From Octopus vulgaris (Eukaryota), in assembly GCA_951406725.2 (NCBI GenBank), contig OX597831.1, forward strand, positions 3,100,001-3,164,000: a DNA stretch of 64,000 nucleotides, written 5' to 3'. The notes beneath the pieces are model-generated. The model was not told the DNA's origin. It ran no database searches and saw only the letters and a list, made by a program, of their open reading frames with translations. Each line of letters begins with the position of its first letter. Position 1 is the stretch's first letter. A program made the translations under genes and the position numbers. Below, piece after piece: positions 12,076-27,719 of the stretch.

Positions 12076-12448
12076 TTAATTAAGGGTGAGAGAATTAGAT
12101 ACTAATTTAATAGTATATCTATTCAACACCAAGTGGCCTAGTGCTCCGAGAAACCTGGATTATTATAATATTTTATAACATATTATAATATTTTTACAAA
12201 ATAAATATAAGAGAGTGGTCACTATGTGGCTCACTCCAGCACCAGTTAATCCAAAAGGTTTCAACCACGAAAATACATGTTTCCCATGAAAGTCAGTACG
12301 ATTGTTAGCTCACACGGACAGGGCAAATAAAAAATAACAAAAATACAGATTATTTTGGGACAATTGTTTCGCTATTAATGAATTAAATGTAATTTTACTT
12401 ACAAAAAAAATCCATTTGTAGCTCGTCAGCCAGAACTATCTGGATGAA
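12071..12448 (-). mobile_element. (TA)n-inserted HHR-bearing element (Penelope pLTR-like)
   Basis: Unique AT-rich segment flanked by (TA)n on both sides, containing a canonical HHR. Confidence 0.7.
12352..12436 (-). ncRNA. Type I hammerhead ribozyme, canonical core
   Basis: Minus strand reads gttctgg CTGACGA gcta-(long loop)-tagc GAAAC AATT GTC ccaaaat. GUC cleavage triplet and palindromic stem III. Confidence 0.85.
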
Positions 12449-13484
12449 ATATATATATATATATATATATATGTTTGTATGTCTGTGTTTGAGACCGATA
12501 GAATAAATACTAGGCTTACAAAAAATAAGTCCTGGAGTCGATTTCTTCGACTAAAGGCGGTGCTCCAGCATGGCCACAGTCAAATGACTGAAAGAAGTAA
12601 AAGAGTAAAGAGTAGGAACAGAATTAAAGTTTCCTCATCAGAAACCAACAAAATTACATAAGAAAACAGAATATAGTAAGCTACTGCAGAATATGTCTAG
12701 TTCATTGATTACTAAGTATTTGTATGTTTGTGTTTGTTGTAATTCTCTTATCAGTTTCTTAGTGTTGTTAATTAAATTTCCTCTCTTCAAGATTATATTG
12801 ACGTAATTTTCTAATCCGAATCTCATATCAGTTTCTCTGATAAATCCCTGTACTATCTGCAGTAGTGTTTCTTGTACTTTATCAGCAGCAGTGTGAGCAA
12901 CTTGAAGTCGTTCATACGTAAAAGATGCATGCAGTCATATCATGGCTTTTGTATCTGGATCCAGTTCTGTTTTAACACGTTGCTTAAAGGTGTCAGCTGT
13001 AGGCTGAAAAGGAGTGTAGGGAACCTTCTTCAGAGTTGGTTTGAATTTGCATTTGCAAAATTATCTGCTATTAACTCACAACACGTTTCAAGGTTTTCCA
13101 GGATCGAATGTATGAGGAATACTGTCAAAATCCTTCTGGTAACCAATCCATGTTTTGTTCAAACACCTTTTTCTCTTCCCGCAGTCTTTGGATATTGCTT
13201 TGTTGCTCGGTATTTGATCGGTAAAGCCATGTAAACGTTGAAAGCATCCTTTCTGCTCTTCTGGGTACAGACGGGATTTCATGTATTTGATCAGTTACAA
13301 TGGCAAGTGTTCCAGTTAATGTGATCAACCGAACAGCCTGCTCATTAAATAAACAAGCAACTGTACATGTACCCTTAATTTAGTTCTAGGGGAGATTCAG
13401 TGTGACTCAGATGTGACAAGGCTGGCCCTTTGAATTACAGGTACAAGTAATTTTTTGCCAACTGAATAGTCTGTATGTATTTAA

Positions 13485-13893
13485 TACTCTTTTACTCTTT
13501 TACTTGTTTCAGTCATTTGACTGCGGCCATGCTGGAGCACCGCCTTTAGTCGAGCAAATCGACCCCAGGACTTATTCTTTGGAAGCCTAGTACTTATTCT
13601 ATCGGTCTCTTTTTTGCCGAACCGTTAAGTTACAGGGACGTAAACACACCAGCATCGGTTGTCAAGCGATGTTGGAGGTACAAACACAGACACACAAACA
13701 CACACACACACACACATATATACATATATACGACGAGCTTCTTTCAGTTTCCGTTTACCAAATCCACTCACAAGGCTTTGGTCGGCCCGAGACTATAGTA
13801 GAAGACATTTGCCCAAGGTGCCACGCAGTGGGAATGAACCCAGAACCATGTGGTTGGTAAGCAAGCTACTTACCACACAGCCACCCCTGCGTC
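13485..13893 (-). mobile_element. SINE group A, full length
   Basis: Reverse complement of the group A consensus. A group C tail fragment lies at about 13290-13470. Confidence 0.9.
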
Positions 13894-14218
13894 TATAGCA
13901 TATAAAACACACATTTATTTTCAAAAATATATCTCAAAACCTCACCCTGGTCCTATATGCGAAGTTGGGTTCCCCATAAACTCTAAGGCACTAAAAACAG
14001 TTTTTCCTAAATATGCTGAAACTGAATGCGTATTTTATGCCATCATTTACGGTATTCTGGTGAAGGCATGTAGCCTAGTGGTTAAGGTGCTACAAATCAA
14101 GATCGCAGCATGGTGGTTTCGATTTTCTATATAATTGTAGGCTTGTCTCCGAATTTCATATCTGGAATTAGTGATTTAAATATTCATACTTTTTTGTGTT
14201 GCTTCAGCAATACATATA

Positions 14219-14730
14219 CCGTAAATCCTCGAGTATAGTCCGCCCTAGAGTATAATACGCAGGGGATTTTTAGGGGGCTGTACCTCTGAAAAACCTAAGT
14301 CTTGCGTATAATACGCACCCCTTCGCTAACTTGAGTCAAGGAGGTCTATATAACGTCCTTGGTTTGTAAAAATGTATACGGTAACGTCCTTTATTATTAT
14401 TGTATATATAACATAATGCAAACGTGTAGCTTTTTTGTGCATTTTGTTTGTAGAAAATAAAGAAATAACAGTAATAACGTTTAATAAATGTTGCTTACTG
14501 CAAGTTATGGATGATTCTTTTATGACTTCATTGCTTTCAGGCTTAGCTTAATATATTTTCGCGCCCGACATCATAAAATGCGTTTGAATAAACATTGCCG
14601 GACAGCAAATAGAGACTCGGACATTGCTTAGAAAATATTTTTCATTTTTAACCTCGTATATAGTACGCACTAGGGATTTTGACCATTAAATTTTGGGGAA
14701 AAAGTGCGGATTATACTCGAGGATTTACGA
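14219..14730. mobile_element. MITE, Tc1/mariner superfamily (Tc2/pogo-like)
   Basis: TIRs CCGTAAATCCTCGAGTATAGTCCGC and GCGGATTATACTCGAGGATTTACGA, flanked by TA. Confidence 0.9.
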
Positions 14731-15973
14731 TACTAAAATTGGAGCGATACAGGGTAGAGATTACGGTACTCTTAGTGATATTATTGCAAGTAAGGTTTCG
14801 TAGGAAGGAAACTTATTGGTGTGTAATATTTTGGGTTGATGTATTTCCATTGAATGTTTTAACTAAAAGTTTTTCATCTTATATCATGGGAGCCTTCAAG
14901 TCTTTTTTTTTCTGTCGTTTTTTCTCCTCTTTTCAGCGCCTTTTGGTTACTTTTGTTGTTACGATCTCTTGCGACTGCTCTGATGCTGCGTTCATACTTT
15001 GAACAATATCATCCTTAGTGATTCCTTCGCTGCCTAAAAGCCTCCTTCGAATTATTCTGTTTCTCTTTACGGTTGTTGGTGCTGCATTGATTTCTGTTAA
15101 TATTTTTTTCAACCAAGTTTTTTGATAAAATAGTTTTTGGTTAGAATGGTTGTTTGCTTTGTTCAAAGAGTAGCCGTTAATTCCTTTTTTTTTTCCTTCT
15201 TTGTTTTCCGTTTTTTTTCTTTTTTCTTTTTCATGCTTCTAGATCCTTTGTGATTTGGTGAGGATCTCTTATTTCAGGCGTTCTTCGATTCTTGTTACTT
15301 CTTCTTTTACATTACATTACTGTGGTATTTTTCTCTCCTAGCTTTTTCCCAGTTGCATCGTTTCGTTCTTGATTATATTAAGGATTGAAAGATCTTTTCT
15401 TTTTTTCATGTATATTTGTTTTCCATGTCGCTTGCTTGAGTTTTGCTAAGCCTACTTGAACAGATCTGAAGAAGTACTCACTTTCCCTTAGAAATACAGT
15501 ACTCACTTTCCTTCAGAAGTACAGTGGCTGCCGCATATAATATTTCACCCAGCTTGGTGATATTGATGTTTGTGTTTGTTTTAATTAATTCTGTGATGGC
15601 CAGGTCTATATATTTTTTTTATTGATGTTGCTATTTTATCATTGAGGGTCGACAAGTACCAGTTGAACACCGGGATCAGCGTAAACGACTTACCCACTGT
15701 TATGTGTAGTTTGGGTTCTAATGGGATAGACAACCAAATGAAGACCATTGTTATTGTTACGTGTTTATTTACTTTCCATGTAACACGGACTCGACATTCA
15801 GCGTAGTGATACATAATATACTTCACACACAGTTGTACTGTTCACTAACAAAATAGTGCCAAGAGTGGGGATGTAGTTTGGCATACGTAAACACATAGAT
15901 ATGAATGTGTAACACCCACCTTCTGTAAAACTACTGGCGTTTTGTTAAAATTTGAAATCATCACCACCATCAC

Positions 15974-16018
<45 letters not shown>

Positions 16019-16049
16019 TGTTGTCCTCCTCCGCCTCCTCCTCATCTTT

Positions 16050-16635
16050 AAGGTTGCTAGCTGGCAGATTCGTTACCATGCCGAACGAAATGCTTAACGG
16101 CGTGTCGTCCGTCTTCGCGTTCTGAGTTCCATTTTCGCCGAGGGTGACTTTACCTTTCATCCTTTCGGTGCCAATAAATTAAGGGCCAGTTGAACACTGG
16201 GTGGATGGTGGGTGGGGTATCAATGTAGTCGACTTAGCTCTTCCCCGAAATTGTTGGCGTTTTATGATTATTATTGTTATTATTATTATTAATAAGGCTA
16301 AGGCGGCGAGTTGGCGGAGTCGTTAGCACGCTGGATGTAATGCTTAGCGGTATTTCGCCCATCGCTACGTTCTGAGTTCAAATTCCGCCGAGGTCGATAT
16401 TGCCTTTCATCTTTTCGGGGTCGATAAATTAAGCGTCGGTTGAACACAGGGGTCGATGTAATCGACTCATACCCTCCCTCAAAATTACTACCCCTGTGGG
16501 AAAATTTGAAACCATTATTATTAATAAGGCAGTAAGTTGGCAGAGTCGCTGGCACACCGGACAAAATTCTTAGCGGCATTTCGTCAGTCTTTAAGTTCTG
16601 AGTTCAAATTCTGCTCAAGTCGACTTTGCCTTTCG
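16050..16635 (+). mobile_element. Cluster of three group B SINEs (~16050-16260, 16301-16520, 16527-16635)
   Basis: Repeated aggcggcgagttggc head and Nin-like domain, separated by (ATT)n. Confidence 0.85.
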
Positions 16636-16961
16636 TATGTAGATGTATCTGAGCAACGACTTTTTCCCAACTACCGCTTTTTTCCGAATGTCCTGAAGAA
16701 GGGGTCTGCACCCCGAAATATAGAAATACAAGGTAAAACTGCAACTTTGTCCTGTTTTCTTTTCCTTTTGTAGTTTATTTTGTACTTTCTCGCAACTACA
16801 CAACTACTTTCTTTAAAATTACATCCCACAATGCTTCACCAAAACTATCTCATTTTAAGTGAGAATATTTGTATGTGTGTGTGTGTGTGTGTGCTCTTTG
16901 CCTTCATATCATGTGATGATTGTAAATCAGCATCACCTGTAGATATTAAAAAGTGAGAATA

Positions 16962-17380
16962 GGCGCAGGAGTGGCTGTGTGGTAAGTAGCTTGCTTACCA
17001 ACCACATGGTTCGGGCTTAGTCCCACAGTGCAGCACCTTGGGCAAGTATCTCCTACTGTAGCCTCGGGCCAACAAAAGCCTTGTGAGTGGATTTGGTAGA
17101 TGGAAACTGAAAGAAGCCCGTCGTATATATATATATATATATATATTTATATTTATGTGTGTGTGTGAATGTATATGTTTGTGTGTCTGTGTTTGTCCCC
17201 CAAACATCGCTTGACAACTGATGCTGGTGTGTTTACGTCCCCGTAACTTAGTGGTTCGGCAAAAGAGGCCGATAGAATAAGTACTAGGCTTATAAAGAAT
17301 AAGTCCTGCGGTCGATTTGCTTGACTAAAAGCGGTGCTCCAGCATGGCCGCAGTCAAATGACTGAAACAAATAAAAGAAT
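16962..17380 (+). mobile_element. SINE group A, full length
   Basis: Complete head-to-tail match to the 31645 copy. Confidence 0.9.
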
Positions 17381-17703
17381 ATAACAATAAAAATCATAAT
17401 AACAAAGCAAGACTGTTTCATTTCCAGTCTTCTGTGAAAAACACACCTGGCCATGAAGAAATGTTACCTTACTTGGAAACAGGTGAAGGTTGGCAATGGG
17501 AAGAGCATTCAGCTGTAGGAAAAATCTACCTCAGCAAACAAATTCCTTCAGATATAATACAAGGTTGGAAAAGTGGACATTAAAGGATAATGAATAAGCA
17601 TCGAAAGCAATTAGTAAAACACATGGCACAGGCTAACAGCAAGTGACCCTCATTTCTGACTTGAAGCCTTGGTATTATAACTATAATAATAATAACGATG
17701 ATG

Positions 17704-17737
<34 letters not shown>

Positions 17738-17739
<2 letters not shown>

Positions 17740-18293
17740 GCCCTGATGCAGTACCAGCCAGTGGCTCTCATGGCTTCTGATCTTAACTGATTGGAAGTGT
17801 TATCATGTACATTGTTTTGTCTTGGTATAAAAGATGGGCTACAACAAATATTCTGCTCAATACCACAGATTTGCTTGTCAGTTGTTTGACCTTAACCGGT
17901 TGAGCATGTCCCTTAGTGGCTGACGATATGTGCATCTCTGATCACGAGCAGAAGTAGTGGGGGAGCATCATAGCCATGTGTTGAGAGGGATGCTTTGGGG
18001 TTTGAATAGTTCACCTCTGGAAACATGGGTGGTTCTTTCAACATCCTTAAACAACCCTTATTCAGGGACCGTTTGAGCGGGATGGGCTACTCAACCTGAA
18101 GAAATTTCTAACTGGGCCCCACCTGCAAGGTCATGTGCTGTTTATCTTGACATGAGATCACCATGTCGCGCACATATGGTTGTGATGCATGTGCCTGGTG
18201 TACCCTTATCAGACGGGTAGTCATGATGGGTATATTGGGCTTCGTATATTTTACCCCAGTGTCACTTTGATGGCATGCACTGCTCTCTCACTC
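17738..18293 (+). mobile_element. About 555-bp non-coding repeat inserted in (AAT)n; possibly a Dong/R4-type 3' UTR derivative
   Basis: Complex sequence bounded on both sides by (AAT)n, with no ORF. Confidence 0.55.
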
Positions 18294-20940
<2,647 letters not shown>

Positions 20941-21136
20941 GCAGGGCACTGACAATATTTAATGAGGTGTGCTGTGGTTCGGTCCCAGCTTCCACAGTAT
21001 TAAGTAGCTCTGGGACCATTCCCATTCCACACCTGAATATAGAAATGACAGTCTTGTTACAGGTCTCATCTTAGTGGAATTAACCCTCTCTAACCCAAAC
21101 CCCTGTGTCTAACTTTACTCTCCACCTGAGCTCCTG

Positions 21137-21421
21137 TTGTTGTTATTTGTTCCTTTTCGAGCCATGCCTGGCTCATAAGGGCCAGTTTCCTGGTTTCCTT
21201 GGCATATAGGTTCCCCACCTGGATGGGATGCCGGTCCGTCGCAGGAAAGAGTGAGAAAGTTGTGACAAAAGAGTCAGCAGAAGTTTGCCGTTACCTTCTT
21301 TCAGAGCCGTATGGAGCTTAGGTGTTTCACACATAAACACACACATTGCCTGGTCTGAGATTCAAACTCATGATCCCTTAACCGTGAGATGCTGCTCTAA
21401 CCACTAGGCCATGTGCCTCCA
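21137..21421 (-). mobile_element. SINE group C with 14-bp TSD
   Basis: Homologous to the 56085 copy. TSD cacctgagctcctg at 21123-21136 and 21422-21435. Confidence 0.9.
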
Positions 21422-21711
21422 CACCTGAGCTCCTGAGCTAAAAGAATAAATAATGATATACACAGCTCATGAGTAATGATTGCAGGCAAACTAATGGACA
21501 TAATCACAAAAATATTTCAAGAGAATAACAATAGTAGACCTATCACTGAATTAGCACTGGTATTCACCCAAATCTCTACTTGACTTACCAAGTTTCATTG
21601 TCCAACAGACTCTCACTATCTACATTAAGGTAAACTTGTTGAAATTCTCATTCATTTTTTTCCGAAGAATGAATATCATCAATAATTTCTTCAATTGTAA
21701 AGAGTCTAGGC

Positions 21712-22044
21712 CAGGGCTGTCCCACCTGAGGCCCACAGGCTGCATGCAGCCCACAGACTTTTATCTTGTGGCCCGCTTGATACTTTCTTGAAATGGGTTT
21801 ATTTAAACAAACGTTTTTAAAATTTTATCAAAAATTAAAGATTGTAACGAAAAGTAAAAAAAGAAAGCTACTTCTGTTTTTGCAACGATAATTTTTTGTG
21901 TTGAATCAACGATCATTCATTCATTATTGTAATAACAGCATGAGAAAGCAAAATGCTTTCAATTCTGTCAGTATACAAGCGGCCCTCAAAAAAACTGTCT
22001 GTGATTAAAGTGACCCACAATGTAATTCAAGTTGGCCAGGCCTT
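21712..22044. mobile_element. hAT (Charlie-like) MITE
   Basis: Termini cagggctgtcc and ggccaggcctt, with 8-bp TSD gtctaggc. Confidence 0.8.
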
Positions 22045-22148
22045 GTCTAGGCCTTGCTCATTTGCCAGACGAAGTGCTGGGTTAATCACGTGCTCGTTTC
22101 ATTGCAAAAGATTCATCTTTTACAATTAAAAACAAAGGTAAACAGCTT

Positions 22149-22467
22149 TTCTTTTATTCTTTTACTTGTTTCAGTCATTTGACTGCGGCCATGCTGGAGC
22201 ACCACCTTAAAGGGGTTTTTAATCGAAGAAATCAACCCCAGAACTTATTCTTTGTAAGCCTAGTACTTATTATATCAATCTCATTTGCCAAACTGCTAAG
22301 TTATGGGGACATAAACACAGCAACATTGGTTGTCAAGTGAAGGTGGGGGGACAAATAAAGACACATAGACATAAATATATACATATGTATATATATATAT
22401 ATATATGTATGTATATATATATATATATATATACACATACATATATATATATCATCATCATCATCGT

Positions 22468-22501
<34 letters not shown>

Positions 22502-22658
22502 ACACATACAATGGGCTTCTTTCTGTTTCTGTCTACCAAATCCACTCATAAGGCTTTGGTCAGCCCGAGGCTGTAGTAGAAGACACTTGCCCAAGGTGCC
22601 ATGCAGTGGGACTGAACCCAGAAGCATGTGGTTGGGAAGCAAGCTTCTTACCACACAG
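22149..22658 (-). mobile_element. SINE group A
   Basis: Reverse-complement match, CpG-decayed. Confidence 0.85.
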
Positions 22659-23498
22659 AACATCATTAACAATGAGTCATAAACATATGTCAATGCAAAG
22701 CTGTAACATGATTGGTTGTCTATTTTTAGTATTTTATTTTTCTCTGTGAGCTGTCCATTACTGTTTCAATGGGAAGCTGGTTGAGATTATGCGTAGGCTA
22801 TTCCTGGTGCATCAAGAACATGGCATGACAGGGTTAAATACAGAACTGCGAAGTAATGAGATGCTTCTCATTATAACAGGTTACAAAGGTTGTTCTTGGT
22901 ATGACTTTAGCACTGAGCATGACTTTAAACCTCATCTGGTAGTAGGGCCTTGGTTCAGAAGTTTCAGGCATTTGAAGAAGGTGGAACCAGGGTTGATGCT
23001 AGGAAGAGTGGGGCCCAATTTGAGAATTGTCAGTGGGGCCCTCTACTCTACAAAAGCTGAAGATTGATATTTTATGCTTTGTGTAGTATGTCAATCCCAG
23101 CCAAAAAGTGTTGTGGGCTTGAGGCACCACCTTTAGCCACAATGATATTTTAAAAATTATCATAGTGTCCTCTGCTTGAACATGTGCACAGGGCCCTCTC
23201 TTGACACAGGGCTCAGTTTAAACAAATCTGGGTCACGGGCTTAAAACTGGCCCTCTGTGGAACCACCTGTTAACCACTTTTGTTCCTAAGTCTACCCTGA
23301 CCTGATGTTGTAGCACTTATCAGGGCCCCAGTGTGAGTTAAATAGCATGTTACCACCCGAGCCAAGGTACCTTGAAACCATGGGATGCACCATGGTGAAT
23401 GAATTTATTGAATCAATGACAAATATCACATGGTCATACTTAAACCCTAAGGGCTTCAGAGCCACTTTCATTACTATAATTGGTATTTTTGGCTAAAA

Positions 23499-23967
23499 CT
23501 GTGGTTCTCAACCAGGGTCTATATAGCCCCTGAGAATCCCTATAAATTTTTTTTTTTTTGGGGGGGGGGGGGGTCCATGCAACATAATTGTAAATTGGGG
23601 ACCCACAATAATATTTTAAGGGCTCCTGAAAAAAATTTGCTTTAGGTGTATGCATTGGTATGTATTGCAAGAAAAAGCTGGGTTCCTTTCTCTAGACATG
23701 TAGATGTGTGAAAATTGAAATAAGAATTTTGAAAGAGGTTTCTATAAAACTAGTTCTTAAACAATACAGTTCTATATTTAAGAGCCGAGGAATCATGTAC
23801 ATTATTTATATTATTTACATTATTTACATTTGATGGATATTTGTCCTCATCTTGTTTGTTGTTAACACAATGTTTTAGCCATATGGCGTAGTGGTTAAGG
23901 GTGCAGGCTACTAACCCCAAGATTCCAAGTTCGATTCCAGGCAGTGACCTGAATAATAATAATAATG

Positions 23968-23998
<31 letters not shown>

Positions 23999-24245
23999 TA
24001 ACAACAACATCGAAAAATACCTTAGGAATGAGAATCCAGGTTCGAAATTTCCCCAAGACACCTGAAGAAGGTTGGAGGGTATATCAGCCGAAACGTGTTA
24101 ACAACAAACAAGATGGGGACAAATATCCGTCAAATGTAAATTTTGTAAATGATGTAGTTTTTAAACATGAAATGGCTGTGGGAGTCCCCCAGAATAAAAT
24201 AGTAATCAAAGGGGTCCATAGATAAATAATGGTTGAGAACCCCTG
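23499..24245. mobile_element. hAT-like MITE hosting a family D element
   Basis: TIRs ctgtggttctcaacc and ggttgagaacccctg. Confidence 0.75.
23764..24154 (+). mobile_element. Family D: tRNA-headed HHR element with 5' inverted arm (copy 1)
   Basis: Inverted arm 23765-23876, tRNA-like head 23879-23951, (AAT)n, HHR 24057-24099. TSD tagtt(c/t)ttaaaca. Confidence 0.85.
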
Positions 24246-24668
24246 AGCTTAAATATGACTGGGCTGGTGAGAATTAGACGCCTTTGCTAAAGATAACACC
24301 AAAATACCAGTAATTGATTAAGAACTAATGAGGTTTTGGGTCAACAGAGCAACATCTGAATTAGTAAAGCAGCTGTGACTAGATTTTTATTTCTATTTCC
24401 AAAAATTGAAATTTATTTCATAGTTCTGTCTGGTATTTTTTTTCAAGTGCAACATCATCTGTCTTAATATTTAGCATTTCGATTTCACTTAAATCTGTGA
24501 TATATTGGTATATTTCATGTAACATGTTTAAATGTAATTGGACAAAAGTGACAGACGAAAATCAAAAACAGGAAAAACCTTGTTACAATGGACAAATACT
24601 TGTTTAATAGAGAGACAGTGTGAACGGTTTGGGAATATACTCATTCATTAGACTACATCTATGATGTG

Positions 24669-24735
<67 letters not shown>

Positions 24736-24878
24736 TAGTAGTAGTAGCAGCAGCAGCAGCAGCAGCAGTAGCAGTAGTAGTAACTGTTATTGTTGTTGCA
24801 GTTTAATCCTAAGTGAACCCTAAAAATGTAGAACTACGATCCAAAGACATTTCAGATATGACCATCCCATTTTAAAAA

Positions 24879-25038
24879 GGTGTGGCTGTGTGGTAAGAAG
24901 CTTGCTTCCCAACCACATGGTTCCAGGTTCAGTCCCACACTGTGTAGCATCTTGGGCAAGTGGTGCCTTCTACTATAGCCTCGGCCGACCAAAGCCTCGT
25001 GAGTGGATTTGGTTGGCGGAAACTGGAAGAAGCCCATC

Positions 25039-25073
<35 letters not shown>

Positions 25074-25285
25074 TGTGTTTGTCCCCACCCACTGCGTGAC
25101 AATCAGTGTCGGTGTATCTATGTTTCCATAACTTAGCAGTTTGGCAAAAGAGATTGATAGAATAAGTACCAGGCTTATGATAAAAATCAAGTACTGGGAG
25201 GTGAATTCATTCGATGAAAATTTCTGCATGGCAGTGCTCCAGCATGGCTGCAGTCTGATGATTGAAACAAGTAAAAGATAAAATA
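24879..25285 (+). mobile_element. SINE group A (older)
   Basis: Head, CORE-like region and tail recognisable. Confidence 0.8.
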
Positions 25286-25356
25286 TCACTCAAGATGTGT
25301 GACCATGTACTACATTAAAAAAAATCATCATCATCATCATCATCATCATTATTATT

Positions 25357-25800
25357 AAGGTAGTAAGCTGGTGGAATTGTTAACATGCTAGCTGAAATGC
25401 TTAGCGGTATTTTTCTGAGTTCAAATTCCGCTGAGGTCAATTTTGCCTTTCATCCTTTCGGGGTCAAAAAATTAAGTACCAGTGAAACACTGGGGGTCTA
25501 TATAATCGACTAGTCCCTTGCCCCACAATTTCAGGCCTTGTGCCTACAATAGGTCCTAACATTAAAGCAGTGAGCTGGCAGAATTGTTAGCGCATTTCAC
25601 TAAATGATGCTAAGTGATACTTCTTTCCACTCTTTACATTCTGAGTTCAAAGCCCACCAAGATCAACTCTTCCTTTGATCCATTTGCAGTTTATAAAATA
25701 AAGTTCCAGTCAAGTATGAGATTGGTAAAGGGATGTAAATGACATGCCCCACTTCCTTTGGAAATTACTGGCTTGGAACCAAAATTTGAAACAATTTTTT
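25357..25800 (+). mobile_element. Two group B SINEs
   Basis: Heads at about 25357 and 25564; Nin-like domain. Confidence 0.75.
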
Positions 25801-25909
25801 TATAACTATTGCCTACAATTTTGTGGCTTAATTTGCTAATTTCCCCCACTTCAACCCTATGACATACAGATCCCCTCCACTTCCCATCCATCTCTATTTA
25901 CTATCTCAG

Positions 25910-26045
25910 AGGCAGCCTCATTCCGGCCATTTGCCGAAAATGCAGAACAAACTGTGAAACAAACAGTGAAAGTTCCAGGAGAATTCTCAACCAGCTGGTA
26001 TCCTACACTACCGGGAAGATGTGGATCTCATTTGTTATGGAGAAG
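25910..26045 (+). CDS. Candidate internal exon (136 bp)
   Basis: Pyrimidine-rich acceptor ...tatctcAG| and donor AAG|GTAAGT. Open frame GSLIPAICRKCRTNCETNSESSRRILNQLVSYTTGKMWISFVMEK; a second frame is also open. Confidence 0.45.
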
Positions 26046-26418
26046 GTAAGTCATCTTGGAGAGCTGGAATTCTTGAACAAAATTCTTTTTGGGAGAGATA
26101 TGAATTCTAGCAGGTATGAGGATATTTTGAAAATATCTCATGCAGTGATGATCCTGCTCTGGATAGTTATTGGCTGCTCTTTGACAAGGCATAGCATACA
26201 TTCAGTCACCTTGCCAGAGATACAGTGAAGTCATGGGGCTTCATCATGGTGGATTGGGAAGAGGCAGCCGCGAGCTCAACTGAGTCAATGGTGCTTCCTA
26301 CATTGAGGCTGAGAGGAAGGGATCCTGAAATATGCATCCTTTGATTTATAAAATTTTTATGCTTACATCTTCATCAATTTATGACTGATAACATTTAAAC
26401 CTTTTTTCAGCCTTAAAC

Positions 26419-26666
26419 CAGTGGTTCTCAACCATTTTTTATTTTTACCAGTGGATCACTTTGATCAGTATTTTATTCAGACAGATCCTCCAAACCATTC
26501 AATGTTTAAAAAATCCTATTATTTTTTTTTATAATTAAATACTATTAGGAATTGTATAAAAAAATTGTTAAAATATGTATTGTAGATGTATATCCTATTT
26601 ATTGCATCTTACATGGACCCCGAACCCCCACCCAGGGATCCCATGGTCTCCGGTTGGGAACGACTA
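26419..26666. mobile_element. hAT-like MITE
   Basis: Termini cagtggttctcaacc and ggttgggaacgacta, with 8-bp TSD (c/t)cttaaac. Confidence 0.8.
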
Positions 26667-26720
26667 TCTTAAACTTAAACAAGGCTCTTTCTTTCAACTT
26701 CGTTGTTATTTTTCTACCAG

Positions 26721-26813
26721 ACTCCATGTCAGTCGATGAGACACTCTCCACAGGTCGTTCCCTCGCCAACAAGGATGTCAGCCGTATTTAACTATGTCGG
26801 TATTCCTGATTAA
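26721..26813 (+). CDS. Candidate terminal exon (TPCQSMRHSPQVVPSPTRMSAVFNYVGIPD*) followed by about 0.9 kb of repeat-free putative 3' UTR
   Basis: Strong polypyrimidine tract ending ttttctaccAG at 26720. In frame with the exon ending at 26045. Confidence 0.35.
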   Translation, partial: TPCQSMRHSPQVVPSPTRMSAVFNYVGIPD

Positions 26814-27719
26814 ATACCTTCAACAGACTCACTCATTTCTCTTCAGGACATAAACCACTTCAGCAACCGTGTATACGGCTGTGTAAACTTTAGCATTTTT
26901 GCTGTCGTCACCATAGTCACCACTAACGATCTCGGATAACAACAATTTTTAACTGGTCAACAAAACGCATTCTTGCTTTTCAACTCCAAACCATTAGCAG
27001 ACATCGGCAGCTTTTACACCACATCATTACAACAACCAGTTATTTACGAAACATTCATCAATGTATCAGACCACAACGTAATAATTCCGGTCCCTTGAAT
27101 TAAAACAATTCTGAAGATATTTCAAACATGTTGTTGTACAATTTTCATCTGTTTCATTGGAACTCTGACATTATTATAAGCCATTCATTGATCTGCTGCT
27201 AGTATCTCACGTGTTTATCAAAACAGCTTTCATGTCGTCTGCTTGTTTTGACTCAGTTGTAATACACATTAAAATGTAAACAAACTAACACTTAATGATG
27301 TTATCGTCTGTTTTATGACACCACTATATTCCCCCCTTTCTCTTTTTTTCTTTGTTTTGCATGTATGTCTAATATTCATTACATATACACACATATATCA
27401 TTTGTTCTTCATTACAAGACTTTTTTTTCTCTGTTCTTTAACATGGCGTATTAACAAAGTTTATCGCCTGCCTTTTGACACCACGTATTATATATATTCC
27501 TTGATCACAAGCTTATTTTCCTTTGTTCTGTGGCATTATGGATAACAATATGACAATGTTAATTTAAGCCTTATTTGAGATGAGTTCTTTTGTGAAGCGT
27601 TTTTAATCAGAAATTCCCTCCTGTTTTACGTTTGGCCATTCGTGATTCATCATAACCCATTTGAGTAGCTGTAGAATTTTCTTTCCATTAAAACTGTATA
27701 TCCATGAATAAAAAACAAA

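Larger units (their letters stand above)
11871..12612 (+). mobile_element. SINE group A split by an insertion in its (TA)n tract
   Basis: 5' part at 11871-12070 and 3' part at 12450-12612. Confidence 0.85.
12620..15640 (-). pseudogene. Decayed R4/Dong-like non-LTR retrotransposon ORF, interrupted by SINEs and a MITE
   Basis: Colinear minus-strand motifs: ILYAAATV (~15530), NQKLFYQK (~15130), NPKYYTPISFLPT (~14820), EEQKGC (~13255), WIGYQKDFDSIPH (~13130), HLLRMNDFKL (~12910), MRFGLEN and TYKYL (~12720-12826). Confidence 0.7.

Noticed and set aside
23879-23951. tRNA gene (ACT anticodon-like)
   Set aside because: The acceptor and anticodon stems are imperfect and the sequence is embedded in a repeated mobile element, so it is treated as a tRNA-derived head. 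The same applies to the other SINE heads.
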